Shown here piece by piece: positions 9,648 to 19,482 of a stretch of DNA of 64,000 nt. The stretch is from Pseudomonadota bacterium (GTDB lineage: Bacteria; Bdellovibrionota_B; Oligoflexia; Oligoflexales; CAIYRB01). Made by a program: the position numbers and the translations under genes. Below the pieces are notes generated by a model. That model ran no database searches. It was not told the DNA's origin and saw nothing but the letters and a program-made list of their open reading frames with translations. The DNA lies in assembly GCA_031416315.1 (NCBI GenBank), contig JANOTL010000130.1, positions 1 through 64,000 on the forward strand, given 5' to 3'. Position 1 is the first letter of the stretch; every line of letters starts with the position of its first letter.

Positions 9648-10241
9648 TCAAGCTCGCGGTTTCAGGAGGAGGGGGATGCCGGCGCGGATCTCGACGACCG
9701 TAGCGCAGCGCGCGGCCAGGCTTTGGTTGGCGAGCCCGACGGCGCGCCGGAAGAGGCGCTCCGCCGGTCTTTGCGGCGGCGGGCCGGAGCCGAGCTCGGC
9801 GGAGACGAGGACGAGCCGCGTCTTCCCGGCGAGCGTCTCGATCACCCGCGAGAGGTCGGCCACGTAGGCGTCGAGCTCCTGCGCCAGGACGGCTTCACCG
9901 CTTTGCCCCAATCGACTTCCGTCGACGACGAGCCCGGCGAGCCATTGGCTGACGGAGTCGACCAGGACTTGCTCGCACTGTGCCGCGGCCTCCGCCAGGC
10001 GGGCGGCGAGATCCTGCGCGCCGTCGAGCGACTCCCAGTGGGGCGGGCGCCGGGACTTCAGCGCCGCCACGCGCTCGGCCATCCACGGCTCGGTGATCTC
10101 TGCGGTGCCGACCACCAGGGCCGGGCGGTCGGGAAGGAGGACGGTCTGCGCGTACTCCGATTTGCCCGCGTGCGCCGCGCCGAGGACGAAGATCGGGCTC
10201 GGAAGCTGCGTCGGCGTCGAGAGGCTCTGCGTGCTCGTCAT
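9648..10241 (-). CDS. cobU: CobU/CobP-like adenosylcobinamide kinase/guanylyltransferase homologue (degenerate)
   Basis: P-loop GAAHAGKS, MAERV...RRPPHW, VLVDS, VSAELGSG, FRRAVGLANQ, AGIP; the catalytic His is absent. Confidence 0.8.
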   Translation of the reverse strand: MTSTQSLSTPTQLPSPIFVLGAAHAGKSEYAQTVLLPDRPALVVGTAEITEPWMAERVAALKSRRPPHWESLDGAQDLAARLAEAAAQCEQVLVDSVSQWLAGLVVDGSRLGQSGEAVLAQELDAYVADLSRVIETLAGKTRLVLVSAELGSGPPPQRPAERLFRRAVGLANQSLAARCATVVEIRAGIPLLLKPRA

Positions 10242-10295
10242 GTGGTTCGGCGCCGATCGATGTGATTAAATGGGGCGCCTGGAGGATAGCCGACG

Positions 10296-11543
10296 ATGGG
10301 TTTCCTAGAAACGATGAAAGAGCGGGGCCTAGTGGCCCAGGTCACGCACGAAGACGAGCTGCGTGAGCACCTGAAGGCGCCTCGTACCGCCTATGCCGGC
10401 TACGACCCGACCGCGGCCAGCCTGCACGTCGGCCACCTGATGCCCACGATGGCGCTCCGCCGCTGGCAGAAGGCCGGCCACCGCGTGATCGCCATCGTCG
10501 GCGGCGGTACGGCCCTGATCGGCGACCCCTCGGGCAAGACCGAGATGCGCCGCATGCTGACCAAGGACGATATCAAGACGAACATGGAAGGCATCAAGCG
10601 CCAGTTGGCGAAGTTCATCGACTTCTCGTCGCCCGCGAAGGCGATCATGGTCGACAACGCCGACTGGCTCGCGGGCTTGAACTACCTCGAGTTCCTGCGC
10701 GAGATCGGCCCGCATTTTAGCGTCAACCGCATGCTGACGGCCGATTGCTTCAAACAGCGCATGGAAAAGGGCCTCTCCTTTCTCGAATTCAACTACATGC
10801 TCCTGCAAAGCTACGACTTCTTGCACCTCTACCGTCAGGAGCAGTGCACGGTACAGCTCGGCGGCGACGACCAGTGGAGCAACATCCTCGCCGGGATGGA
10901 GCTCGTGCGGCGGCTGGGCCAACCTGACCACTCGGCGAAAGGCTTCGCGCTCACGCTGCCTCTCCTCGTGACGAGCGAGGGCAAGAAGATGGGCAAGACC
11001 GAGAAAGGCGCCGTCTGGCTCGATCCAGAGCTAACGAGCCCCTACGAGTATTTCCAGTTCTGGCGCAACGTCGAGGACGTGCTCGTCGAGAAGTGCCTCT
11101 ATTACTTCACCGAGCTTTCGGTCGAAGAGGTGAAAACGCTCGCGGCGCTGCCGGGCGCGCAGATCAACGACGCGAAGGTGAAGCTCGCGTACGAGTGCAC
11201 GCGGATGTTGCACGGTGCCGCGGCGGCTGACGACGCGCAAGCCACCGCGGTCCGCCTATTCGCCGGCGGCGACGGCGCGGCCGGCGGCAACGAGCCCGAG
11301 GCCGAGATCGCCGCGGCGACCTTCGGGGGCGGCATGAACGTCCTCGACTTCCTCGTCGCCGGGACCGTCGCGCCGTCGAAGGGCGAGGCACGCCGCCTCG
11401 TTCAGCAGGGGGGGCTTTCGATCAACGGCGTTGCGGTGCATGATATTGCCTATAACGTGACCGCCCAGGACTTCAAAGGCGCCGAGGGGTGCCTGGTCAA
11501 GAAGGGCAAAAAGCACTATTATCGCTTGCGAATTTCCGGATAA
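10296..11543 (+). CDS. tyrS: Tyrosine--tRNA ligase
   Basis: GYDPTAASLHVGH, QLGGDDQW, KMGKT, C-terminal S4 domain (SKGEARRLVQQGG). Confidence 0.97.
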   Translation: MGFLETMKERGLVAQVTHEDELREHLKAPRTAYAGYDPTAASLHVGHLMPTMALRRWQKAGHRVIAIVGGGTALIGDPSGKTEMRRMLTKDDIKTNMEGIKRQLAKFIDFSSPAKAIMVDNADWLAGLNYLEFLREIGPHFSVNRMLTADCFKQRMEKGLSFLEFNYMLLQSYDFLHLYRQEQCTVQLGGDDQWSNILAGMELVRRLGQPDHSAKGFALTLPLLVTSEGKKMGKTEKGAVWLDPELTSPYEYFQFWRNVEDVLVEKCLYYFTELSVEEVKTLAALPGAQINDAKVKLAYECTRMLHGAAAADDAQATAVRLFAGGDGAAGGNEPEAEIAAATFGGGMNVLDFLVAGTVAPSKGEARRLVQQGGLSINGVAVHDIAYNVTAQDFKGAEGCLVKKGKKHYYRLRISG

Positions 11544-11603
11544 TTCAGCTTTTTCCGAGTCCTGCCGAAGGTAGTTCTAGGCTTTTGCGGGGGGAGTTCC
11601 CTA

Positions 11604-12110
11604 ATGAGATCCATCGCTCTGGTATTTACCTGCTTTTTCGCCGTCCCGGCCCTAGCGGCCGAGGTCGAGGCGAAGAAGGACGGCGTCGAGATCTACGCCG
11701 ACGCGACCAACAAGAGCGCGGTCTTGGGCAAGCTCGGCAGCGGCGAGGCCGTCGGCGCCGGCGAGCGCAAAGGCATGTTCTGGCAAGTGAAGACCAAGGA
11801 CGGCAAGACCGGCTACGTCTCCGTCCTCGCCGTGAAGCACAAGCCCGACGCGAGCGGCGGCCTGTCGACCGCGATCAAGGACGTCGTGAAGGAGGGACGC
11901 TCCACCGACGAGCAGTCCGAGACGCGGGCCCGCTCCGCCGTCATGGGCGTGCGCGGTCTGCGCGAGGACGACTCGGCCGGCAACGCCGGTAACGTCCGCC
12001 CGGACCTGCGCGCCGTTTACCGCATGGAAGACGGGACTCCCGGTAAAAAGAAAGTCGAAGAGCTCGGCGAGCAGATCTTCGAGGAGATCGCGCAAAAATC
12101 CGGCATGTGA
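11604..12110 (+). CDS. Secreted SH3-like domain protein
   Basis: Signal peptide ending ALA; bacterial SH3 pattern VLGKL...FWQVKTKDGKTGYV. Confidence 0.75.
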   Translation: MRSIALVFTCFFAVPALAAEVEAKKDGVEIYADATNKSAVLGKLGSGEAVGAGERKGMFWQVKTKDGKTGYVSVLAVKHKPDASGGLSTAIKDVVKEGRSTDEQSETRARSAVMGVRGLREDDSAGNAGNVRPDLRAVYRMEDGTPGKKKVEELGEQIFEEIAQKSGM

Positions 12111-12135
12111 ACTTTTCGCGCACAAGACGCAGCTC

Positions 12136-12169
12136 GAGGCCCGGCAGATGCCGGGCCTCTTTCTTTTTC
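12136..12169 (+). terminator. Rho-independent terminator
   Basis: GAGGCCCGGC-AGAT-GCCGGGCCTC stem followed by TTTCTTTTT. Confidence 0.8.
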
Positions 12170-12220
12170 GGTCATATCCGCTACAGTGTTAGAACAAATC
12201 CCGATTCGTTGAGGAACGCC

Positions 12221-13150
12221 ATGCGGATCTTCCTATGCGCGGCCGCACTATCTGTGACCGTCCTGGCTTGCATGACGCCGAAGGACGTCACCTCTAAGTC
12301 GTCCGGATCCAAGCTGTCGGCGGCCGAGACGAAGCAGCTGGACGAGTACCGCGCCGAGGTCGAGATCGGCCGCAACATGGCCGGGCGGCTCCTCGGCTAC
12401 TACGGCATCGTCGACGACGAGAAGCTCATCGGCTACGTCAACCAGGTCGGGAACTACGTCGCGAGTTACGGCGATTATCCCGAGCGAAAGTACATGTTCG
12501 CGATCCTGAAGCACGAGTCGATCAACGCCTTCGCCTGCCCCGGCGGCTACGTGTTGATCACGATCGGCGCTCTGCGCGCCGCGAAGAACGAGGCCGAGCT
12601 CGCCGCGATCTTGGGCCACGAGGTCGCGCACGTCGGCAAGAAGCACATGTTCAATACGCTGCGCGACATGAAAGAGAAGGAGATGGAGAAGACCGCCGGC
12701 GAGGGCGACAAGAAAATCGACCAAGCTCTGCGCGTGCGCGAGCGGCCGAAAGGCGAGGCCTCGCAGACCGGCGCCGTCCTCGCGCGCTACCTTGCCGGCT
12801 CGAGCGGCGCGTCCCTCAACGTCCTGAAGGCCGCGGCCGCGGGCATGACCTTGATCACCGAAAAGGGCATCGACAAGGAGCTCGAGTACGAAGCCGACTA
12901 CGAAGGCGTGAAGTACGCGATCCGCGCCGGCTACGAGCCGAAGGCGATGATGGGCTACCTGCGCCGCGTCAACGACGCCAAAGATACGAAAGTGAAAAAC
13001 CTCGGCAAGACGCATCCGTCGCCGGAGAATCGCATCAAAAAGATCGAGAAGCTCCTGAAGACTTTGAAGGCGGAGGACATCGTCGGCGCCTCCGGCGAGG
13101 ACCGCTTCGAGCGTTTGAAGAAGACCTTCCCCAAAGCTGAAAAAGACTGA
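12221..13150 (+). CDS. M48 family zinc metalloprotease lipoprotein
   Basis: Lipobox VLAC, NAFACPGG, ELAAILGHEVAH, EYEAD, THPSPENRI. Confidence 0.9.
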   Translation: MRIFLCAAALSVTVLACMTPKDVTSKSSGSKLSAAETKQLDEYRAEVEIGRNMAGRLLGYYGIVDDEKLIGYVNQVGNYVASYGDYPERKYMFAILKHESINAFACPGGYVLITIGALRAAKNEAELAAILGHEVAHVGKKHMFNTLRDMKEKEMEKTAGEGDKKIDQALRVRERPKGEASQTGAVLARYLAGSSGASLNVLKAAAAGMTLITEKGIDKELEYEADYEGVKYAIRAGYEPKAMMGYLRRVNDAKDTKVKNLGKTHPSPENRIKKIEKLLKTLKAEDIVGASGEDRFERLKKTFPKAEKD

Positions 13151-13158
13151 GGTATGCG

Positions 13159-14589
13159 ATGAAGTCGGCCTTGAAGCTGAGTCGGATTTTTGGCGTTGGC
13201 ATGGTGGCGGCGACCCTCGCGAGCGAGTCGGCACGGGCCGACCAGTTCCACTACAACAACTTGACGGTCGGTACGCGCGCGGTCGGCATGGGCGGCGCCT
13301 TCACCGGCGTCGCCGACGATGCCTCGGGCGTCTATTACAATCCGGCCGGCGTCGCTTTCGCGCTGTCGAACGACATCTCCGGATCGGCGAACGCCTTCTA
13401 TTCGAAAAAGTCCGTCTACGAGAAGACGCTCTGCGGCGACGACTTCCAGGAGAAGAGCTCGGGCTCCGTCGCGCCTTTCTTCGGCGGTCTTCAGAAGCTC
13501 GACCGCTTCGTCGAGGGCCTGGTCTTCGCCTTCGGCGTCTACACGACAGACTCGGACCTGAAGGACCAGGACGACCTGATCGAGAACAAGGTCTGCAACA
13601 ACGTCCAGATCGAGCGCTACCACCGGACCTCGAACGCGCGCGCGTCGACCTCTTACGCCGGCGGCGTCGTCGGCAAGCGCATCGGCTCGAACGTGGCCTG
13701 GGGCGCCGGCCTGACCTACTACAATTCCGACGAGCTCGTGCAAGAGTTCCAGAACGTCGTGCAGACGATCGGCACCAACACGGACGGGACGCCGCTGTGG
13801 CGTTACCGCATGTCGAACGTCCGCGAGCATCTGCTCGTTTACGGCGTCCAGCCGGTCTTCGGCGTGCAGGCCGCCCTGCCCGCCAACATCGCGCTCGGCC
13901 TCACCGTGAAGAAGGGCATCGTCGCTTCGCAAAATCTCGAGGTCGACAGCGAGACGATCTCAACTTCCTTCACGAACGACCAGAAGATCGGCGTCGACTC
14001 CGGCAGCGGCATCGGCAAGCTCGCGAAGAACTACACCTCGGTAAAATCCGACAAGCCGATCGGCTCCATGCCGGCCGAGGTCCGCTTGGGTCTGGCGTGG
14101 TTCGCGAGCCCCACTTTCCTCGTCGACTTCGACGTTCAGTACGTCACCGCCGTGAAGGATGCTCCGGTCCTTAAAGACAAGAACGGCATCGAGTCCTTCG
14201 GCCCGAACGCCAAGTACGAGAAGGAGGCCGTCACCAACCTCGCCTTGGGAATCGAGTGGTACATCATGCCGGCCTTCCCCCTCCGCGCCGGCGTCTTCAC
14301 CAACAACGACGCCCGGCCGAAAGTCGAAAAAGGCGATTACAACAAGGCGGTTGCGACCAAAACCTGCGCCGATCCGACCTTCCGCAAGAAGTTCTGCGGC
14401 CAGCCCGATCATATTGACTACTTGGGGGAAACGCTGTTTATTGCGTATGTGCAGCCGAACACCCAGTTGTCCGCGGGCTTGGTCCTGCAACAGGGTAAAG
14501 GCCTTTCGCAAAAACTCGGCGATCACAACGTGCAGGACGTCAAAGCTTCGTCCTCCACCTTTGCTTTTTCTGTGACGCAAAACCTCTGA
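13159..14589 (+). CDS. FadL/OmpP1-family outer-membrane transporter
   Basis: GTRAVGMGGAFTGVADDASGVYYNPAG hatch motif; beta-barrel pattern. Confidence 0.85.
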   Translation: MKSALKLSRIFGVGMVAATLASESARADQFHYNNLTVGTRAVGMGGAFTGVADDASGVYYNPAGVAFALSNDISGSANAFYSKKSVYEKTLCGDDFQEKSSGSVAPFFGGLQKLDRFVEGLVFAFGVYTTDSDLKDQDDLIENKVCNNVQIERYHRTSNARASTSYAGGVVGKRIGSNVAWGAGLTYYNSDELVQEFQNVVQTIGTNTDGTPLWRYRMSNVREHLLVYGVQPVFGVQAALPANIALGLTVKKGIVASQNLEVDSETISTSFTNDQKIGVDSGSGIGKLAKNYTSVKSDKPIGSMPAEVRLGLAWFASPTFLVDFDVQYVTAVKDAPVLKDKNGIESFGPNAKYEKEAVTNLALGIEWYIMPAFPLRAGVFTNNDARPKVEKGDYNKAVATKTCADPTFRKKFCGQPDHIDYLGETLFIAYVQPNTQLSAGLVLQQGKGLSQKLGDHNVQDVKASSSTFAFSVTQNL

Positions 14590-14602
14590 GATCGAGATCC
14601 CG

Positions 14603-15085
14603 ATGGCGACGGAAATGGTGCCTTTCACGAAGGAAGGCCTCGAGAAGCTGAAGACCGAGCTGGAGCATCTGAAGCAGTTCGAGCGTCCGAAAGTCATCCG
14701 CGAGATCGCCGAGGCCCGTGCCCACGGCGACCTCTCCGAGAACGCCGAGTACTCCGCCGCGAAAGAGAAGCAAGGCTTCATCGAAGGCCGCATCAACGAG
14801 CTCGAGGATAAGACCTCGCGCGCGCAGGTGATCGACCCGAGCGAATCCGCCGACCACACCCAAGTGCGCTTCGGCGCCTGGGTCACGGTCGCCGAGGAGG
14901 AGACGGGCGACGCGAAGACGTACCGCATCGTCGGAGACCTCGAGGCCGACCTCGAAAGAGGCATGGTCTCGCTCAGCTCCCCCATCGCGCGCGCCCTCAT
15001 GGGCAAGCGCGAGGGCGACCTAATCGAGGTCCGGGCGCCGAAAGGCACCGTCGAGTACACGATCTCGGAAGTCCGTTTCCGCTAA
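14603..15085 (+). CDS. greA: Transcription elongation factor GreA
   Basis: ARAHGDLSENAEY, SPIARALMGK. Confidence 0.97.
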   Translation: MATEMVPFTKEGLEKLKTELEHLKQFERPKVIREIAEARAHGDLSENAEYSAAKEKQGFIEGRINELEDKTSRAQVIDPSESADHTQVRFGAWVTVAEEETGDAKTYRIVGDLEADLERGMVSLSSPIARALMGKREGDLIEVRAPKGTVEYTISEVRFR

Positions 15086-15088
15086 GGT

Positions 15089-16276
15089 CTAGACGAAGTC
15101 CAAGGCCGGCATGTGCGGCTTTCCCTCGAGACAGGCGTGGAGATAGACGGCGAGCCCCAGGTCGCCGGTCCACAGCGAATACCGACGGAACCCGACGGCC
15201 GCGAGATTTTGTCGCGACTGCGCGACCGCGTGCATGGCGAAAGCCCGCGCGCGGTCGAGCCATCTCTGCTCGCCCGTGCGCTTGAACAGCGTGAGCAATG
15301 CCATACCGTTGCCGTCGGTGCCGTGACAGAAAGACGCGCCTTTCCGCAACGGACCGGCGTCCCAGACGAGCTCACCCGCCTCGAGAAAAAGCGCGTCGAG
15401 CTCGGCGTCGCGCCCGACGGGGATGTGCGGCACGAGGTTCATCAAGATGCCGGGCGCGCCGTGGCACCACTGGGTCAGCGTCGGGTTCGGGCGCCTGCGC
15501 GTCGCCGGCCAGTTGGCTCGGCCGCTTTCGCGTACCGCGATCTTCTTTGTCGTCGCGATGATCTGCTGCACGACGCGCGGGCTCGGCTTCCCGCGCAAAA
15601 GCGCGAAGGCGTTGCCGGAAAACCCGTGGCCGGCGCCGTAGAGCTCGCCCTTGTTGCCGTAGAGGTCCTGCACCCACATGTCGCAGTCGAGCGTCTCGTC
15701 GAAGCGCCATTCCTGGATGAGCCGCTCCGCGTTCCGCTTGTAGAGGTCGAGCCAGCGTTGCTCTTTCGTCGCCTCGTAGGCGTACAGCGCCGCGAGCATC
15801 GTCCCCGGCGAGCCCCAGAGAATCTCCCAGGTCGGATTCTCGATGTTCTCGGAGACTGAGGCGTAGAGCATCTCGGCCGCCGCCGGTCGCGCGGATTTCG
15901 GACCGCGCAGCATGCAGAGGAGTAGAGGAAAGCTCGAGCCGAGAAACCAGGACGGCACGACGTCGCCGGTATCTGGAACGCTGAAGTAGTCGTCGCACGC
16001 CTTCAGCCAGAGGCTCTCGTAGCTGCGGGAGAGTTTCGCGACGCCCTTCTGCGCCAGAAACTCCATGGCCCACATAACGCCCGTCGCGCCCATGTAGAGC
16101 GTCTTTGGCGGCGGCGAGGGGCGCTCGTCCTCGTCACGCGGATGCAGGGGCCACCACGCATGCGTCGTGAGCGCGGCCTCGGTGTCTTTGACGATGGCGG
16201 CGATCTCGCGGAGCGCTTCGTCGCGGACCCAGGGGATCGACTGCAACGGGACGTGACGTTCCGGCGCATAAAGCAT
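15089..16276 (-). CDS. Stand-alone LanC-like (lanthionine synthetase C family) protein
   Basis: LYMGATG, GAGHGFSG, QWCHGAPG, FCHGTDG, SLWTGDLG. Its ATG overlaps the hutI stop (TGATG). Confidence 0.88.
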   Translation of the reverse strand: MLYAPERHVPLQSIPWVRDEALREIAAIVKDTEAALTTHAWWPLHPRDEDERPSPPPKTLYMGATGVMWAMEFLAQKGVAKLSRSYESLWLKACDDYFSVPDTGDVVPSWFLGSSFPLLLCMLRGPKSARPAAAEMLYASVSENIENPTWEILWGSPGTMLAALYAYEATKEQRWLDLYKRNAERLIQEWRFDETLDCDMWVQDLYGNKGELYGAGHGFSGNAFALLRGKPSPRVVQQIIATTKKIAVRESGRANWPATRRRPNPTLTQWCHGAPGILMNLVPHIPVGRDAELDALFLEAGELVWDAGPLRKGASFCHGTDGNGMALLTLFKRTGEQRWLDRARAFAMHAVAQSRQNLAAVGFRRYSLWTGDLGLAVYLHACLEGKPHMPALDFV

Positions 16277-17523
16277 CAGACGAGCGCTCCTCTTGCCACG
16301 ACCGCGCGCGGCGCCGTCGCGCCGAAATCGGCCAGCCATTCGTCCACGTCGGAGACGCCTGTGACGAGGACGTCGGCGTCGTAGCCGGCGACCAGGGCGC
16401 CCTTGCGGCCCTCGAGGCCGAGGGCGGCGGCCGCCACGTACGTCACGCCCGCCATGGCTTCCACCGGCCTCAGCCCGCCCTGCACCGCCGCCACCGTCGC
16501 GACGAGCGCGAGGTTGTCGATCCGGCACGAGCCGGGATTGAAGTCCGTCGCCACCGCGACCGCGCAGCCGCGGTCGGCGATGGCGCGCGCGTTGGTGAAC
16601 GGGATCTTGGTGTAGAGCGAGGTGCCGGGGAGGACGACCGCGACGACGTTCGCTTTCGCCATCCCGTCGATGGCCTCCGGCGGCGCGAACTGCAGATGAT
16701 CGGCGCTCACCGCGCCCCAGCGCGCCGCGGCCTGGGCCGCGCCGGCGTCGCTGAACTCGTCGGCGTGGACCCGCACGGCGAGGCCCAATTCGCGGGCTTT
16801 CGCGACGTAGCGCTCGCAGTCGTCGACGGTGAAATAGCCGGCATCGATGAATGCATCGACAGAGAAGGCGAGCTTCTCGCGCGCGACCTCGGGCAAGAGC
16901 TCGGTCGCGCAAGCGTTCGCATAGTCGCGCAGGGTCTTAAACTCCGGGGAGGCGGCGTGCAGCGCGAGGCAGGTGATCGACACCGTTTGCGCCGTCTTTG
17001 CGGCGGCCCGGTTCAGGACGCGCAGGAGCCGAAGCTCCTCTTTAACCGAAAGGCCGTAGCCGGATTTCGCCTCGATGGTCGTGACGCCGAGGCGCAGCAT
17101 CCGCTGGAAGCGGGCGCTAGTGAGCGCGAGGAGCTCATCGTCGGTAGCTTCGCGCGTGGCCCGCATCGTCGAGCGGATGCCGCCGCCGCTCGCGGCGATC
17201 TCCTGATAAGTCGCACCAGAGAGGCGCCGGGCGAACTCCGGGGCCCGCGTGCCCGCGAAGATGGGGTGCGTGTGCGAGTCGACGAGGCCGGGCATCACCA
17301 GGGCGCCGCGAGCGTCCATCTTCTTGTACAGAGTATAGGCGGACGGCGGCGCGCCCGAGCCGACTGCCTCGATCTTCCCGTCTTTCATGGCGATCCAGGC
17401 CGGCCCGACGACCCGCCCCAAATCGGCAGCCGTCAACCGCGTGCGCCGCCCCTCGCGCACCAACGGCGCCCAAGTGACGAGCTCGGCGGCATCATGGATC
17501 AGGAGCGGCGAGGCTTGCGACAT
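16276..17523 (-). CDS. hutI: Imidazolonepropionase
   Basis: DSHTH, GGGIRST, EAKSGYGL, HADEFS, SADHL, ATDFNPGS. Confidence 0.92.
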   Translation of the reverse strand: MSQASPLLIHDAAELVTWAPLVREGRRTRLTAADLGRVVGPAWIAMKDGKIEAVGSGAPPSAYTLYKKMDARGALVMPGLVDSHTHPIFAGTRAPEFARRLSGATYQEIAASGGGIRSTMRATREATDDELLALTSARFQRMLRLGVTTIEAKSGYGLSVKEELRLLRVLNRAAAKTAQTVSITCLALHAASPEFKTLRDYANACATELLPEVAREKLAFSVDAFIDAGYFTVDDCERYVAKARELGLAVRVHADEFSDAGAAQAAARWGAVSADHLQFAPPEAIDGMAKANVVAVVLPGTSLYTKIPFTNARAIADRGCAVAVATDFNPGSCRIDNLALVATVAAVQGGLRPVEAMAGVTYVAAAALGLEGRKGALVAGYDADVLVTGVSDVDEWLADFGATAPRAVVARGALV

Positions 17524-17605
17524 GATGGATGTTTACCACCTTTCCCGGGGCCGCTCCAAGCCGCGACCGACTAAAGTTTGGTCGCTTTTCGCCGACACGG
17601 AAACC

Positions 17606-17926
17606 ATGGCCGTCACCAAAGACACCAAGAAGAAAGAGACGAAGCCGGGCGTGAAGCTGGCCGACGTCACCTTCTATTTCGATTCGGTCGAGCGCGACCG
17701 CTTCGACTGCGCCGGGTGGACGCGCCGCTCGTCCGAGGTTCTGCATCTGCGCGAGAAGCTGCTGAAGCTGCGCGCCGAGGACTTCGAGGCCGCCATCAAG
17801 ACCATGAAGAACGTCATCCGTGACGGCAAGAGAGAGGACGACGACGCGGACGGCGCCGAGGGCTCGAAGGCCAAGAGACAAGCAGCCATGAAGCTTTTCG
17901 AGCAGGTGCAAAGCTCCGGGCGATAA
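17606..17926 (+). CDS. Small hypothetical protein
   Basis: ATG at 17606; strongly coding codon usage; lies directly upstream of cysS. Confidence 0.6.
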   Translation: MAVTKDTKKKETKPGVKLADVTFYFDSVERDRFDCAGWTRRSSEVLHLREKLLKLRAEDFEAAIKTMKNVIRDGKREDDDADGAEGSKAKRQAAMKLFEQVQSSGR

Positions 17927-17967
17927 ATTAGGATGGGACCCGTGACCCCCTCCGGAGCGCCCCGCCC

Positions 17968-19389
17968 ATGGCCGAAAAGATCCAGCTCTTCAATACCTTG
18001 ACCCGTCAGGTCGAGGAATTCGTCCCGTACGTTCCTGGTCAGGTCGGACTCTATACGTGCGGTCCGACCGTTTACTCGTACGCGCACATCGGCAATATGC
18101 GGAGCTACATCTTCGCCGACACCCTGCGTCGGTCCTTGAAGTACTTCGGCTACAAGCTCAATCACGTGATGAACATCACGGACGTCGGCCACTTGACCAA
18201 CGACTCCGACGACGGTGACGACAAGCTCGAGGCCTCCGCAAAAAAGGAAGGCATCGACGCCTGGAAGGTCGCGGACAAGTACACCGAGGCCTTCTTCCGC
18301 CACGCGCAGAAGCTGAACATCCAGCGGCCCGACGTCGTGTGCAAGGCGACGGACTACATCCAAGAGCAGATCGCCATGGTCTTAGCCCTCGAGAAAAAGG
18401 GCTACACCTACAAGACGAGCGACGGCGTCTACTTCGACACCCAGAAGTTCCCCGACTACCCCAAGCTCGGCCGGCTCGACATCGACGGCCTGAAGGGCGG
18501 CGAGCGCGTCGACCTCGGTGAGAAGCGCTCGAAGACGGACTTCGCGTTGTGGAAGTTCTCCGATCCGAAAGAACAGCGGCAGATGGAATGGCCATCGCCA
18601 TGGGGTACCGGCTTCCCCGGCTGGCACATCGAGTGCTCAGCGATGTCGGTGAAGTTCCTCGGCGAGCAGTTCGACATCCACACGGGCGGCGTCGACCACA
18701 TCCCCATCCATCACACGAACGAAGTAGCGCAGACCGAGTGCGCCACGGGCAAGAAGCCCTTTGTGAAGTACTGGATGCACGGCGAGTTCCTGGTGATCGA
18801 AGAGGGCGAGAAGATGTCGAAGTCGCTCGGCAACGTCCTCACCGTAGACACCTTGGAGGAGAACGGTCTTGCGCCCTTGGGCTACCGCGTCCTCGTGCTC
18901 CAGAGCCACTATCGGAAGCAGCTCAAATTCAGCTACGACACCTTGGTCGGCGCCGTGAAGGCCTACGAGCGCCTGACGCAGGCGGCGACGCGGATCAAGA
19001 AGGAGGCCGGCAACGCTTCGGTCGTCGGTCCGCTCTCTGCGAAAGGCCAGACGGCGAAGGCGGCTTTCGACGCGTCGATGGCCAACGACCTCAACACGCC
19101 GCAGGCGCTCGCGACCTTGTTCGGCGTCCTCGAGGACACAGAGATCGGCGCGCCGGAGAAGCTGCGCCTGCTGAACACGATGGACTCCGTCCTCGGGCTC
19201 GACCTCTTCAACGCGCAGCTCGTCGCGGAGACGGTCCCAGTCGAGCTCTTGAAGATGCTGGACGACCGGAATGCGGCGCGCGCCGCCAAGGACTGGGCCG
19301 AGGCGGACCGGCTCCGCAAGGCGATCCTGGACCGCGGCTACGACATTTTGGATGCGACGGGCACGAGCTCCTTGAAGCGGCGCCTATAG
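17968..19389 (+). CDS. cysS: Cysteine--tRNA ligase
   Basis: CGPTVY, HIGN, DFALWK, PGWHIECS, KMSKS. Confidence 0.97.
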   Translation: MAEKIQLFNTLTRQVEEFVPYVPGQVGLYTCGPTVYSYAHIGNMRSYIFADTLRRSLKYFGYKLNHVMNITDVGHLTNDSDDGDDKLEASAKKEGIDAWKVADKYTEAFFRHAQKLNIQRPDVVCKATDYIQEQIAMVLALEKKGYTYKTSDGVYFDTQKFPDYPKLGRLDIDGLKGGERVDLGEKRSKTDFALWKFSDPKEQRQMEWPSPWGTGFPGWHIECSAMSVKFLGEQFDIHTGGVDHIPIHHTNEVAQTECATGKKPFVKYWMHGEFLVIEEGEKMSKSLGNVLTVDTLEENGLAPLGYRVLVLQSHYRKQLKFSYDTLVGAVKAYERLTQAATRIKKEAGNASVVGPLSAKGQTAKAAFDASMANDLNTPQALATLFGVLEDTEIGAPEKLRLLNTMDSVLGLDLFNAQLVAETVPVELLKMLDDRNAARAAKDWAEADRLRKAILDRGYDILDATGTSSLKRRL

Positions 19390-19482
19390 GGCTCCCGGTC
19401 CCGACGCGGTCCGAGCGTGGTAAAATCTTCCCAGACCCACCACGCTTACGCACCGCCGCGCTCGCGGCAGGGAGAACCTCCC

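Noticed and set aside
15089..16912. Lanthipeptide biosynthetic cluster or 607-aa LanC fusion
   Set aside because: There is no precursor, dehydratase or transporter, and the upstream 210 aa are a shadow frame of hutI.
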